NCBI GenBank assembly: GCA_965221905.1
Contig: OZ244922.1
Span: 2,112,001-2,176,000 of the forward strand
Length of the DNA: 64,000 nt
From: Chloroflexota bacterium
GTDB taxonomy: Bacteria > Chloroflexota > UBA11872 > VXOZ01
Reading direction: 5' to 3'
In this document: positions 37,672-48,113 of the stretch, piece after piece
How the letters are laid out: each line of letters begins with the position of its first letter
How positions within the stretch are numbered: position 1 is the stretch's first letter
Notes under the pieces: model-generated
The model's input: only the letters and a program-made list of their open reading frames with translations
Told to the model about the DNA's origin: nothing
The model's database searches: none
Translations under genes and position numbers: made by a program

Positions 37672-38652
37672 ATGCAGCCGAAAGTCTATATCACGCGCCG
37701 AATACCGGAGTCAGGGATCAAGCTTCTCCAAGAGTCGTGCGACGTGGAAATTTGGGATAGCGATGACGTTGTTCCGCGCGACGTGTTCTTAAAGGCAATT
37801 TCCGATAAGGACGCCGTGCTCTGCCTCCTAACGGATAAAGTCGATGCCGAGACCATGGACGTCGCCAAGAGTGTAAAGATCTTTGCCAACATGGCCGTTG
37901 GTTTCGACAATATTGACGTTGAAGAGTGCACCAAGCGCGGCGTCATGGCCAGCAATACTCCTGGCGTGCTTACGGACACAACTGCCGACTTTGCTTTCAC
38001 GCTGCTGATGGCCACTGCACGCCGCATTCGCGAGGGGCATGAGTTCATTCAAGCCGGGAAGTGGGAAACTTGGGGGCCCCTTTTGCTCATGGGGCAAGAT
38101 ATCCATCACGCCACGCTGGGCTTGATTGGATTGGGCCGTATTGGGACGGAAATGGCCCGGCGGGGTCAGGGATTCTCAATGCGTGTGCTCTATAACGACG
38201 TAGTGCGACGGGAAGACCTTGAGCAGGAACTCAGCCTGGAGTACGCCGACTTTGATACGGTGCTGCGGGAATCCGATTTCGTGAGCATGCACGTGCCGTA
38301 CATGCCTGCGACGCATCATCTAATCAGCACAGAGCAGCTTGCAATGATGAAGCAGTCAGCCGTGCTCATAAATACTGCCCGCGGTCCGATTGTCGATCCG
38401 CAGGCTCTTTACACTGCACTGAAGTCAGGTGAGATTTGGGCGGCAGGACTAGACGTCACCGATCCCGAGCCTATCCCGATGGACGATCCGCTGCTCACGT
38501 TGGACAACTGCCTGATCGCGCCGCACATTGCCAGTGCCAGCTTCAATACCCGCAGCGATATGTCTGAGTTGGCCGCGAACAATATCCTGGCCGCACTCTC
38601 CGGCGAACGCCCACCCACAATCCTCAACCCCGATGTGCTGGGGAATTCCTAG
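37672..38652 (+). CDS. D-glycerate dehydrogenase / glyoxylate reductase
   Basis: AVGFDNID, NTPGVLT, GLGRIG, INTARG, LDV..PEP, PHIASA. Confidence 0.92.
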   Translation: MQPKVYITRRIPESGIKLLQESCDVEIWDSDDVVPRDVFLKAISDKDAVLCLLTDKVDAETMDVAKSVKIFANMAVGFDNIDVEECTKRGVMASNTPGVLTDTTADFAFTLLMATARRIREGHEFIQAGKWETWGPLLLMGQDIHHATLGLIGLGRIGTEMARRGQGFSMRVLYNDVVRREDLEQELSLEYADFDTVLRESDFVSMHVPYMPATHHLISTEQLAMMKQSAVLINTARGPIVDPQALYTALKSGEIWAAGLDVTDPEPIPMDDPLLTLDNCLIAPHIASASFNTRSDMSELAANNILAALSGERPPTILNPDVLGNS

Positions 38653-38808
38653 TCTGCTTGTTCGTGCTCTGTCGTCTATTCAGACGATTATCAGGAAGGC
38701 GACTGAAGGGCATGGCAGTGTCATGGGGCTTGCGCTGGGATCCTGAGTGCCACGCATGCAGCATGGACGTGCCGCCTAAGACGAGTTCTTATCCTCGGCG
38801 GACTGTGT

Positions 38809-39963
38809 CTACCAGGGCAGCACACGCAACCGCTCCCGCGCGGGAACCCGGAAGACAGGCGGCATAGCGTAGGTCTTCACACGGCTGTGTACGGCAATGC
38901 TCTGCAGCAAACCAATGCCAATGAAGGTAGCAACCAGAGCGCTACCGCCGTACGAAAGGAATGGCAAGGGTATTCCGGTTACGGGCAAGAGCCCGATGAT
39001 CATTCCAACGTTTACGAAGGTCTGCAAGAATATCAGCGCCGCCACGCCAACTGCAATATTCTGTCCAAAGTGATCGCGGGCGCTTGTAGCAATCATCGTA
39101 GCGCGAATGAGCAGCACCGCAAACAGCGTCAGCACAAGCGCGCTGCCGATAAAACCTAGCTCCTCGGCCAAAACGGCAAAGACAAAGTCCTTGTGTTGCA
39201 CGCGCAAATACTCGAGCTGTGTTTGCGATCCCTGAAATAGCCCTCGGCCCCAAAGCTCTCCTGCGCCAACGCTGATTTGCGCCTGGAGCACGTTGTAACC
39301 AGCACCGAAGGGGTCGGCCGTCGGATCAAGAAAGGTGGTAACGCGTTCCCACATGTAGTCTTTAATTCTTATGAGCTGTAAGAAGACAGCGGCTAACAAG
39401 CCGATTGCCACACCAATCAAGTACCGGAAGGGCACGCCGGCCATGAAGACCATCACCCCCCAGATTCCAAGGAACATAAGCGTCGTGCCGAGATCCGGCT
39501 CTCTATAGACCAAGAACGCCGGCACGGCGGTGATAATCATGGATCCAAAGAAGCAACGTATATCCTCCGCCCGTTGCGACCCGGCGCTAAAGTAATGCGC
39601 TAGTACCACAATCAGAGCTATCTTTGCGAATTCAGAGGGTTGCAATGAGAAGGGGCCAATCAAGAACCACCGCTGCGAGCCCCCGATAGATACCCCGGCA
39701 TAGAGCACCGCAAAGAGCAAGAGCACAGATCCTCCGTAGCCAATCCAGGCCAAGCTACCCAGCCAACGGTAGTTCAGCTTAGGGGAAACGGCAAGAATTA
39801 CAATGCCAATGCCGAGGAACACACTTTGTTTGATGACGTCGATAGACGTCCCGGAATCGAGGAGCGTTGCACTGCGAATGAGGATTATACCGATAGTCGC
39901 AAGAAGCAGAGCTGCGGCCGTGAGCCAGTAGTCGTAGAGCTTCCACTTTCGTATTGCAATCAT
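38809..39963 (-). CDS. rodA: Rod shape-determining protein RodA (SEDS)
   Basis: GSQRW, QPSEFAK, EPDLGT, GYNVLQAQI, DFVFAVLAEELG, PVTGIPLPFLSYGGS. Confidence 0.95.
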   Translation of the reverse strand: MIAIRKWKLYDYWLTAAALLLATIGIILIRSATLLDSGTSIDVIKQSVFLGIGIVILAVSPKLNYRWLGSLAWIGYGGSVLLLFAVLYAGVSIGGSQRWFLIGPFSLQPSEFAKIALIVVLAHYFSAGSQRAEDIRCFFGSMIITAVPAFLVYREPDLGTTLMFLGIWGVMVFMAGVPFRYLIGVAIGLLAAVFLQLIRIKDYMWERVTTFLDPTADPFGAGYNVLQAQISVGAGELWGRGLFQGSQTQLEYLRVQHKDFVFAVLAEELGFIGSALVLTLFAVLLIRATMIATSARDHFGQNIAVGVAALIFLQTFVNVGMIIGLLPVTGIPLPFLSYGGSALVATFIGIGLLQSIAVHSRVKTYAMPPVFRVPARERLRVLPW

Positions 39964-39964
39964 G

Positions 39965-41821
39965 CTATAGCTTAGCACTCCTAGCAGACTCGAAATAGAA
40001 GCGGGTCATCTTATCGGCAATCGGGGCTGCAAATTCGGAACCCTCACCGGCATCGTAGAGCACCACGGCAAAGGCGATCTCGGGTTCATCGAATGGCGCA
40101 AACCCGTTAAACAAGGCGTGTGTCGGCAGGAAACCATTCTCATCACGAGGGCCGGGGAATTCTGCCGTACCGGTCTTACCGGCTATTCCAAACGGGTTCG
40201 CTGCTATCCGGATCGCAGTACCGCGCACCACCACATCGCGCATTGCGTTTCGGATAACTGCAAGCACCTCTGCGGAGAATGGCAATTGGCGAGCCACTTG
40301 CGGTTCGATTGGCTGCCCTTGCGTGCCGTCAGCGCCCCGTATCTCAGCAGCAATCCTAGGGTACATCAATTTCCCGCCATTTGCAATAGCCGCGGAAAAG
40401 TTGGCAAGCTGCAACGGAGTTGATAAGACATCACCTTGCCCAATGGCTGTGTTGTATGAGTCGCCTTGGAACCAAGGCTCCTTTTTGATACGCTGCTTCC
40501 GTTCAGGTGTTGGAATGAGACCATCCTGTTCACCGGGCAGATCAATGCCGGAAATCTGACCAAAGCCGCTTGAAGTCGCGGCCCGAGCAAGCGCTTCCGG
40601 CCCGATGCCCTCAAAACCCGTATGGGGATTGCCGCCAACCAGGTTATAGAAGCACACATCGCAAGAATTGACCAAACCTTCGTAAACATTCAAGAGTCCG
40701 TGTCCGCTGCGCTTCCAGCACCCAAACTCCCACCCTCCTGCAAGGATCAGGCTGCCTCGACACTCAAACTGTGTTTCCAAGTCCATACCATGATTCTCAA
40801 GCCACTCAGCAAGGCTTACAAGCTTGAACGTTGAGGCCGGCGGATAGAGCCCGCCAATAGCATGGTTGACCAGAGGTCGCGACGGATCGTTGGCTAGTCG
40901 CGCATAATCCTCCTCAGAAATAGATTGGGCGAAGAGATTGTTATCGAAGCCAGGCAGGCTAACCAGGGCACGAACCGCTCCTGTGGCTACGTCTAGCGCT
41001 ACAACGGCGCCGGAGGGCGCTCCTGAATCCGAAAGTCCGTCTTGGAGCATTTGCGTAACCGCAGCCTGGAGATCCAAGTCCAAACCCAACACAAGGTTGT
41101 TACCGGGTTGGGATGGCGTCTCATGGAGAACACGGATGGTTCTCCCATATGCGTTGACCTCCACGTTTCTCTGACCTTTTTTCCCGTGGAGCTCTGCCTC
41201 ATAGATGGACTCGATGCCTGCAATGCCAACTTGGTCATCGCGTTCGTAGCCTCGGTTCAGATAGAATTCAGTTCGCTCATGGGGGATAGGGCCCACGTAC
41301 CCTAAAATGTGACCGTTGCTAACTCCTGCCGAATACTCGCGAATAGGGCGGCTTTCCGCGGAAATACCCGGCAGGTTTGCGTTCTCTTCCTCTATGATCA
41401 TGGCAACGTGACGCGGCACGTCCCGCTTCAAGATGGTCGGTTGATAGGGACTCTGCAGGCCCTCAGTCATAAGTTCCATTATGGTTGGCGCAGGCTTCTC
41501 CAGCAGTGCTGAGAGTCGGCGGGATACGTTCTCGATCTCGTCTCGCGGCAAATCGATCATGCGAGCTACAACGCTGAAATTGGGCACATTTATGGCTACC
41601 CTTTGTTCATGTCGATCGTACACAACGCCGCGCAGCGGCTTGACGGAAAGCACTCGCAGGCTGTTGTTCTCCGCTTGGTTGCGGAGCTCAGGACCGCGAA
41701 CGATCTGGATGTACCAAAGCCGAACTACGAGTGCAAGAAACGAAAGGAGCAATACGATTCGCAGCAGGTAGAAGCGAATTACTTCGCGTCGGGTCAGCCT
41801 ACGCTTCTCCTCAGCCATCAT
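39965..41821 (-). CDS. mrdA: Penicillin-binding protein 2
   Basis: RGVVYDR, YPPASTFK (SxxK), SCD, IGQG, AGKTGTAE. Confidence 0.95.
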   Translation of the reverse strand: MMAEEKRRLTRREVIRFYLLRIVLLLSFLALVVRLWYIQIVRGPELRNQAENNSLRVLSVKPLRGVVYDRHEQRVAINVPNFSVVARMIDLPRDEIENVSRRLSALLEKPAPTIMELMTEGLQSPYQPTILKRDVPRHVAMIIEEENANLPGISAESRPIREYSAGVSNGHILGYVGPIPHERTEFYLNRGYERDDQVGIAGIESIYEAELHGKKGQRNVEVNAYGRTIRVLHETPSQPGNNLVLGLDLDLQAAVTQMLQDGLSDSGAPSGAVVALDVATGAVRALVSLPGFDNNLFAQSISEEDYARLANDPSRPLVNHAIGGLYPPASTFKLVSLAEWLENHGMDLETQFECRGSLILAGGWEFGCWKRSGHGLLNVYEGLVNSCDVCFYNLVGGNPHTGFEGIGPEALARAATSSGFGQISGIDLPGEQDGLIPTPERKQRIKKEPWFQGDSYNTAIGQGDVLSTPLQLANFSAAIANGGKLMYPRIAAEIRGADGTQGQPIEPQVARQLPFSAEVLAVIRNAMRDVVVRGTAIRIAANPFGIAGKTGTAEFPGPRDENGFLPTHALFNGFAPFDEPEIAFAVVLYDAGEGSEFAAPIADKMTRFYFESARSAKL

Positions 41822-41912
41822 CTCCTCCTGGAGACTTCAGCACCGCATGGCGACGACTGCGCCGCTTGTCGACCTCTTCGCCACCTGGCGACCTCTTCGT
41901 CGCTTGGCAACA

Positions 41913-42428
41913 TTAGCGTCTCCTGGCACTTGAGCTTCCCGAGGTCACCTCGAGGAGGCGAAATCCTGCCAGCACTATGAGTGGCGCGAAGGCCGCATTC
42001 ATTAGTGCCGTCGGCAATGCCATTTGCAGGAGCATATCGCCAAACGAAAACCGATAGTCGAACGTGATGAGCAAAGCGCCTAAGAGAACGAAATAAACGA
42101 GGGCTACCCAAAGAGACGTTACTGCCGCCACTACTATCCGGTTCGGCTGCACGATGCTTACAGCAAACCCTCCCACAAAGCCCGCCACCGTAAGTGCTAG
42201 GGCGCTTAGACCCCAATGGGCATCAGAGAAAGCATCGATTAGTAATCCGCCTACAAAGCCCCAGCCCGCGCCGCCCGCCGGCCCATACCAAAGCGCCAAC
42301 AGCGTAACGACTTGCAGCATAGGCAACCATACGATGCCGAATAGCGGAAAGTGCCACACCACGCTAGCCTGCACCAAGGCAGCCATCATCATCACGATCA
42401 CTATGGCGGGGCGGGAGACGTCGTTCAT
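41913..42428 (-). CDS. mreD: Rod shape-determining protein MreD
   Basis: Five TM segments, GFVGGLLID; position between mreC and mrdA. Confidence 0.88.
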   Translation of the reverse strand: MNDVSRPAIVIVMMMAALVQASVVWHFPLFGIVWLPMLQVVTLLALWYGPAGGAGWGFVGGLLIDAFSDAHWGLSALALTVAGFVGGFAVSIVQPNRIVVAAVTSLWVALVYFVLLGALLITFDYRFSFGDMLLQMALPTALMNAAFAPLIVLAGFRLLEVTSGSSSARRR

Positions 42429-43291
42429 TGAGTCGGCCCTGAGAAGTCCCGGTCCTCGAGCGGCAGCGGCACAAAATTCGCAACTACCATCACATGTTCC
42501 AATTGCGAGAAATCTACCAACGGCTCAATCTCTGCGGTTTGAAACTCCTCGTAGTCCTCTTGCTGCACGTTTTTTACTCTACCCAGCACAAAGTCTTTTG
42601 GTAGGCCTCCACCCATGCCGCTCGTAACCACAATGTCGCGCTCGTTGAGCTCTTCGGTCTGCAAGACATAGCGCATTTGGAGATGTCCATCGGGCGTGCC
42701 ATAGACAATGCCGAAAGTGCGGCGCAGGCCGCCCTGAACGACGGCATTGACCGCACTGGAGGGGCTGGTAATTAGTTGCACCTTCGACCAATGTGACGAA
42801 ACTCTGGTGACTTTCCCAATGACACCGAGATGAGTCACAACGACCATGCCCTCCTCTACTCCTCCGCTACTGCCAATGTCAATGATGATGACGTCTAGAA
42901 TATTTGTCGCATCCCTGCCAATTACCTGGGCGGGAAGATGGACCCACTTTGAGTTTGCTTGAACGTATCCCAGTTGCTCGCGGAGTGTGCGGTTCTCGAT
43001 TTCAGCACCGCGCAAGCTGATGATTTCCTGATAGAGCTTCTCTACGTCTTGTCGCAGCACGGCATTCTCTTCACGGAGATTCCTCGTTTCCTGGAACGAG
43101 CCCAAGACGTAGGCGGCGGCTCCGGTGGTCGAATCGAGGGCGCGTTGCACCGGAACCGCTACAAAAGCTACTGCACTTTCCACAGGTCGCAACCAACCTT
43201 GGCGCGAAAGGAAAATAAGCAGAACTGCGGCAACAATGAGGAGTGCAAGCCTCAAGGCCAAGGCCTGCGGTTGGAGGTTAAAGTCACGCAT
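42425..43291 (-). CDS. mreC: Rod shape-determining protein MreC
   Basis: TM, coiled coil (LREEN..ENRTLR), AQVIGRD, IDIGS, VVTSGMGG. Confidence 0.93.
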   Translation of the reverse strand: MRDFNLQPQALALRLALLIVAAVLLIFLSRQGWLRPVESAVAFVAVPVQRALDSTTGAAAYVLGSFQETRNLREENAVLRQDVEKLYQEIISLRGAEIENRTLREQLGYVQANSKWVHLPAQVIGRDATNILDVIIIDIGSSGGVEEGMVVVTHLGVIGKVTRVSSHWSKVQLITSPSSAVNAVVQGGLRRTFGIVYGTPDGHLQMRYVLQTEELNERDIVVTSGMGGGLPKDFVLGRVKNVQQEDYEEFQTAEIEPLVDFSQLEHVMVVANFVPLPLEDRDFSGPTQ

Positions 43292-43314
43292 TGTGTCTCA
43301 GCCGGCACCCAATT

Positions 43315-44406
43315 CTAGGGGGCTACATGCGCGTACTCTCGTGCATCGGAAACGAAGAGCTTTTGGTAGAATTCGATGTCGTCGAGGCACTCACCTGTGC
43401 CAAGTGCAACACAGGTGAGCGCGTTTTCTGCTACGACGACCGGTACAAGCGTTTCCTCAGAAATTCGCTTGTCTATTCCCCCGAGGAACGCCCCACCTCC
43501 CGTAAGCACAATGCCCCTATCCACAACATCACTCAGCAATTCGGGTGGGGTTTCTTCAACAGATACCTTTACCGCTTCGACGATATCATGCACTGGCCCT
43601 TCAATAGCCTCACGCATCTCTCCTTGAGTCACAAGCACCGTCTTGGGGAGCCCGGAGAGCATATCCCGACCGCGCATCTCGAAGGTCTTTTCCTGTTCGT
43701 CGGGCAAGGGATACGCAGCGCCTATCGCTATCTTGCTTTCCTCAGCAGTGCGTTCACCAATTAGGAGGTCGTACGCTTGGCGGGCATAGTCAGTAATCGT
43801 CTGATCGATCTCATCACCGGCAATGCGAACTGAGCGTCTGACAACGATCCCGCCTAGAGATATTACCGCCACCTCTGTGGTACCGCCGCCAATATCCACA
43901 ATCATGTTGCCTGCGGGTTCGTCGACCGGCAGACCTGCCCCAATAGCTGCCGCCATCGGCTCCTCAATCAGATATGCTTCGCGTGCACCTGCATTGATTG
44001 CAGCATCTTGCACCGCACGCTTTTCCACTTCGGTCACACCACTGGGAATACCCACGATGACCCTTGGGCGCGGCACCAATTGCACGGTTGTGTGTACCCG
44101 ATTGATGACGTAACGAAGCATTGTTTCAACAGTTTCAAAGTCTGCAATTACGCCATCTTTTAGGGGCCGCACGGCCACGATATTTGAAGGAGTGCGGCCA
44201 ACCATCCGCTTTGCCTCCGCACCGACGGCGAGCACGCGTTTCGTCCGCAAATCCATCGCGACCACTGAAGGTTCGGAAACTACAACACCCTTATCTCTTG
44301 CATACACCAAGAGATTCGCAGTGCCGAGATCAATTCCAAGATCCTGGGAGAAAAGACCGAGAAAAGAGCTAAACGGACCGAGAATACTTGATCGCCAAGA
44401 AGACAT
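43315..44406 (-). CDS. mreB: Rod shape-determining protein MreB
   Basis: GIDLGTAN, EPSVVA, RPLKDGVIADF, EPMAAAIG, DIGGGT. Confidence 0.97.
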   Translation of the reverse strand: MSSWRSSILGPFSSFLGLFSQDLGIDLGTANLLVYARDKGVVVSEPSVVAMDLRTKRVLAVGAEAKRMVGRTPSNIVAVRPLKDGVIADFETVETMLRYVINRVHTTVQLVPRPRVIVGIPSGVTEVEKRAVQDAAINAGAREAYLIEEPMAAAIGAGLPVDEPAGNMIVDIGGGTTEVAVISLGGIVVRRSVRIAGDEIDQTITDYARQAYDLLIGERTAEESKIAIGAAYPLPDEQEKTFEMRGRDMLSGLPKTVLVTQGEMREAIEGPVHDIVEAVKVSVEETPPELLSDVVDRGIVLTGGGAFLGGIDKRISEETLVPVVVAENALTCVALGTGECLDDIEFYQKLFVSDAREYAHVAP

Positions 44407-44734
44407 TCCTCACCCCACAACCATATGAATTCTAAGAATTCTAGGGGAGCCAGATCGGAACCAAGGGGAACGGGTTGCACCAGCCACCCGCAAACAATAG
44501 TCTTTCATATCGTACCTAATCTCATTCATTCTAGCATACACTTGGCTTGTCGAAATACCTAGAGAAAAAAACGCTTCAAGAGAGTGGGTAGCATATTTGG
44601 TAGTTTCGGCCTCTCCGGCGCTTGTGCTCTGGCGTGCTTTGCCTGAACATCTGCTTCCCTGTGGTACACTGTTTTTCACACAAAGCACTATCATTTATTC
44701 AATCTCTTATCGTGAGTTCGAAAGGAGCTTTTCT

Positions 44735-45115
44735 ATGCGTGTCGATCGTCTGTACAGTCCCAAGGGACCGCGGCCTGCGGGGACATACTCCCAGGCGGTG
44801 CGTGCGGGCAATCTGCTGTTCATAGCGGGACAGGGCCCTCTCGACCCCCAAACCGGTGAAATCAAGGGCGAGACTCTTGCTGAGCAGTGCCAGCTTACGC
44901 TGCAAAACATCAAGAATATCGTAGAGGGTCACGGCGGCGACTTTCGCAATGTCGTAAAGGTAAATGTCTATCTCGCCGACATTAACGACTTTTCTGAGAT
45001 GGATAAGGTATACAAGACATTCTTCGGCGAGTACCCACCTGCACGCACAACGGTAGGCGTGCAAATGAACGACATTCTGGTCGAGATTGAAGCTACTGCA
45101 GTCATTGACGACTAA
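44735..45115 (+). CDS. RidA/YjgF family enamine deaminase
   Basis: GTYSQAV, FIAGQ, VVKVNVYL, PPARTTV, VEIEA; AAGGAG RBS. Confidence 0.9.
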   Translation: MRVDRLYSPKGPRPAGTYSQAVRAGNLLFIAGQGPLDPQTGEIKGETLAEQCQLTLQNIKNIVEGHGGDFRNVVKVNVYLADINDFSEMDKVYKTFFGEYPPARTTVGVQMNDILVEIEATAVIDD

Positions 45116-45130
45116 TTGTCAATTACGGCG

Positions 45131-45970
45131 CTACCCGACACCGGACTCTTCCAGCTTGGTCATTGTTTCGCGGTAGCGCCGATCCATTTCCGGCCCCTGT
45201 CGACTCAAGTATTCTTGCTCCAGAGCACGCGCAACCGTAGTAGCCGCTGCCGCCGGTATGTCTATTTCTGCAAACGTAATCTTGTCATAGCCGCGTTGAT
45301 ACGCGACCACTTCGCCCTTGCTTACAATGAGATTCTGACCGACGTTGGCCTGCACGATGGGCACGCCGTTCTCGCGAGCGCGGGCTAAGACCGCCTGGTT
45401 TTGCGCCTTGCTCTTATTGCCATAGGTCGGGATAAATAGGACTTGCGCGCCGTCGAGAACTATCGATCGGGCAATGAGAGGTTCCCAGCGGTCGTTGCAG
45501 ATAAGCATGCCGGCGCGACCAAGGGGTGTGTCAAATGCACGCAGCTTCTTGCCAATGCGGTTGAAATGCCAGGATGGATGTGTGCCTTCCGCAAATTGGC
45601 TCTTCTGATACGTGCCGCATAACTCCCCCGTGTGATCGATAAAGACCACCGTATTATAGATTCCGTTATCCGTCCGCTCGGCAAATCCAAAGCAGAGGCA
45701 TACGCCGAGTGATTGGGCCAGTTGGCGAAAGTGCCTCACGTAGGGTCCGTCTAACGGTTCCGCGATCTCCAGCATCTCGTCGGCTGACCGTCTACCCTCG
45801 ATGACGTCGTAGACAACGTAGCCTTCAAGAGCGCCCTCGATTGTCACGATCACTTCGGGTGCTTCTGCAGCCGCTTCGCGAATGAACCGCTCCATCTTTG
45901 CCGCATTATATGGCTTATCCCACTTCTTCGGTCGCAACGAGATTGCTGCCGTTTTGATCGTCGTGAACAT
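45131..45970 (-). CDS. Carbon-nitrogen hydrolase (nitrilase superfamily)
   Basis: E-K-C triad: IEGAL, YQKS, LICNDRW. Confidence 0.88.
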   Translation of the reverse strand: MFTTIKTAAISLRPKKWDKPYNAAKMERFIREAAAEAPEVIVTIEGALEGYVVYDVIEGRRSADEMLEIAEPLDGPYVRHFRQLAQSLGVCLCFGFAERTDNGIYNTVVFIDHTGELCGTYQKSQFAEGTHPSWHFNRIGKKLRAFDTPLGRAGMLICNDRWEPLIARSIVLDGAQVLFIPTYGNKSKAQNQAVLARARENGVPIVQANVGQNLIVSKGEVVAYQRGYDKITFAEIDIPAAAATTVARALEQEYLSRQGPEMDRRYRETMTKLEESGVG

Positions 45971-46292
45971 TTCGCACCTACCTTCTCGGCCTTCAAGTAA
46001 GCAGTAATCAGAGTGTCTGCATCTCTACGGCAACGCATGTCCCAAACGCAGAGCGTCCATGTGGTCGCGCACCCCTACGACGAAGCGACAAGTGCGGGAT
46101 CGACGAGAAATACGAGCTAGAACATGACGGGAACATTGCTAATCCGGAATCATCGGGAAGCTACGCCGGTTTGAGCGGTGCACAGCCAAATATCAGTGCA
46201 TGCGCAAAGACTTCTGCTAACAGGACCGAGAAATACTTAGCAAGAGAAGCCAACGGATTACGTCTAAATGCGAATCAGGCCCACTGCTCTGC

Positions 46293-47774
46293 TCATGCGA
46301 GCTCTGCTACTGCCCCTGCGAAGGCATCTATTGCCGATTTAATCCGTGTAAGGGTTCGCTCCCGGCCAAGTACTACCATAGTCTCAAAGAGCGGCGGCGT
46401 GGCAGTCTTGCCCGTAATCGCCACGCGGATGGGCATAAAGAGCTGTCCTGCCTTCCACTCCAAGTCGGCGGCTAATCCACGCAGGCAGACTTCGATATGC
46501 TCAAGATTCCAATCCTCAAGAGACTGGAGATTGTCGTACGCGCGCTCCAACGCATCCAGTGAATCTGACGGGGACTGCTTTTTCGCAACGAGGAGTTTCG
46601 GTTCGGGCGTCACGTCATCAGCAAAGAAAAAGTCAAGCACCGATGGCGCTTCAGCGAGATTCTTCAGACGCTCCTGCTCAAGCGCAACTGCGTCGCGAAC
46701 GTAGGACCGGTCGACTTTGTCCGGATCGATCATGCCGGCCTCCGCCAGGAATGGGACAGTGCGGTCTGTTAGGTCATCCACGGTAAGGCTGCGGATATAG
46801 ACGCCATTCAGCCAAATGAGCTTTTGTAGCTCGAACACCGCATTGGCTCTGTTGACACGCTCCAGGCTAAATGCAGCTATCAACTCATCTAAACTAAATT
46901 TCTCTTGGGTATCGCCAGGGTTCCAGCCAAGCAAGGCCAAGAAGTTCAAGACTGCCTCGGGCAGGTACCCCTGTGTAGCGTAGTCGCCTACCAAGACGGC
47001 GCCAGAACGCTTGCCTAGTTTTGTTCGGTCCGGATTTGTGAGTAAAGGGAGGTGCGCATAGGCCGGCAAATCAAAGCCCAGAGCGCGCGCGATTGGGATT
47101 TGCCGGTGCGTATTGTAGAGGTGATCGGCGCCGCGGATGACGTGGGAAATCTGCATATGGCTGTCATCGATCACAGACGCAAGATTGTACGTGGGCATGC
47201 CGTCAGCGCGCACTATCACTAGGTCATCGAGCTCAGAGGACTCGACCTTCATGTCTCCACGTACGAGATCGGTAAAGGAGACCGTCCCCTCGCGCGGCGA
47301 CAGAAAGCGAATCACGGAACGGGTGCTTGATCGCTCTCGCGCCTCTCGCTCTGCATCAGTGAGATGTAAGCACGTCTCCGGATACCGGAAGGGACGCCGT
47401 TCTTTTTGGGCTTCCTTGCGCAGTGCGTCAAGCTCTTCCGGTGTACACCAACACCGGTATGCATGACCGTTTTCCAAGAGCTTCTCAGTACAACTTTGAT
47501 AGAGCGCCAGACGCTCGCTTTGGCGATACGGCCCAAAGTCTCCACCTGCCGCATACCCTTCGTCCCAGTCCAAGCCCAGCCAGCGGAAGCTCAACAAAAC
47601 ACCTTCAACATCCTCATCCGTTGAGCGTTTCGCATCGGTGTCATCGATGCGAAGAATAAAGGTCCCACCGATCTGGCGGGCAAAGAGGTAATTGTACAGT
47701 GCCGTGCGGGCATTGCCTACGTGGAGATTGCCGGTGGGGCTAGGCGCTATACGCACGCGGACAGGATTAGCCAT
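46293..47774 (-). CDS. gltX: Glutamate-tRNA ligase
   Basis: RIAPSPTG.LHVGN, LRIDDTD, YRQSER, HVIRGADH, KLGKR. Confidence 0.97.
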   Translation of the reverse strand: MANPVRVRIAPSPTGNLHVGNARTALYNYLFARQIGGTFILRIDDTDAKRSTDEDVEGVLLSFRWLGLDWDEGYAAGGDFGPYRQSERLALYQSCTEKLLENGHAYRCWCTPEELDALRKEAQKERRPFRYPETCLHLTDAEREARERSSTRSVIRFLSPREGTVSFTDLVRGDMKVESSELDDLVIVRADGMPTYNLASVIDDSHMQISHVIRGADHLYNTHRQIPIARALGFDLPAYAHLPLLTNPDRTKLGKRSGAVLVGDYATQGYLPEAVLNFLALLGWNPGDTQEKFSLDELIAAFSLERVNRANAVFELQKLIWLNGVYIRSLTVDDLTDRTVPFLAEAGMIDPDKVDRSYVRDAVALEQERLKNLAEAPSVLDFFFADDVTPEPKLLVAKKQSPSDSLDALERAYDNLQSLEDWNLEHIEVCLRGLAADLEWKAGQLFMPIRVAITGKTATPPLFETMVVLGRERTLTRIKSAIDAFAGAVAELA

Positions 47775-47831
47775 GCTATATGTTTAACTCCTCACTGCGG
47801 GTTCTACTTTGGAGTATCGCTCGCTCGCCGG

Positions 47832-48010
47832 TCTGAAACAGGCGCTGACTTCCTCGATAATCCCCTAATGACACGAGTGATGGCCTGACATGCCAAGAAG
47901 GATCCCAACGCCATGATCCCTGAGGACAAAGCCCGTTAAGTCCTAGCATTCAGGATCTTCCCGTGAGATGTTCGACCTAGGGGCGCAAGCAATCACGCCG
48001 GCTGTTCGGA
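47832..48010 (-). ncRNA. Candidate 6S RNA (ssrS)
   Basis: About 180-nt end-to-end irregular hairpin with G-U pairs favouring the minus strand; CGAACAU...GGGA around position 40 resembles the 6S pRNA template. Confidence 0.6.
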
Positions 48011-48025
48011 TAGCGATAACTGAGG

Positions 48026-48113
48026 CGGAGAGGGTGGGATTCGAACCCACGAGGCGCTTGTGGCGCCTACTCGCTCTCCAGGCGAGCGCCTTCGACCACT
48101 TGGCTACCTCTCC
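48026..48113 (-). tRNA. tRNA-Ser(GGA), CCA not encoded
   Basis: Reverse complement GGAGAGG...CTCGC-CTGGAGA-GCGAG, long variable arm, GTTCGAATC, discriminator G. Confidence 0.96.

Noticed and set aside
47775-48020. SRP RNA or T-box leader upstream of gltX
   Set aside because: Neither the SRP CAGG-GGAA-AGCAG motif nor the T-box GGTGGTACC motif is present
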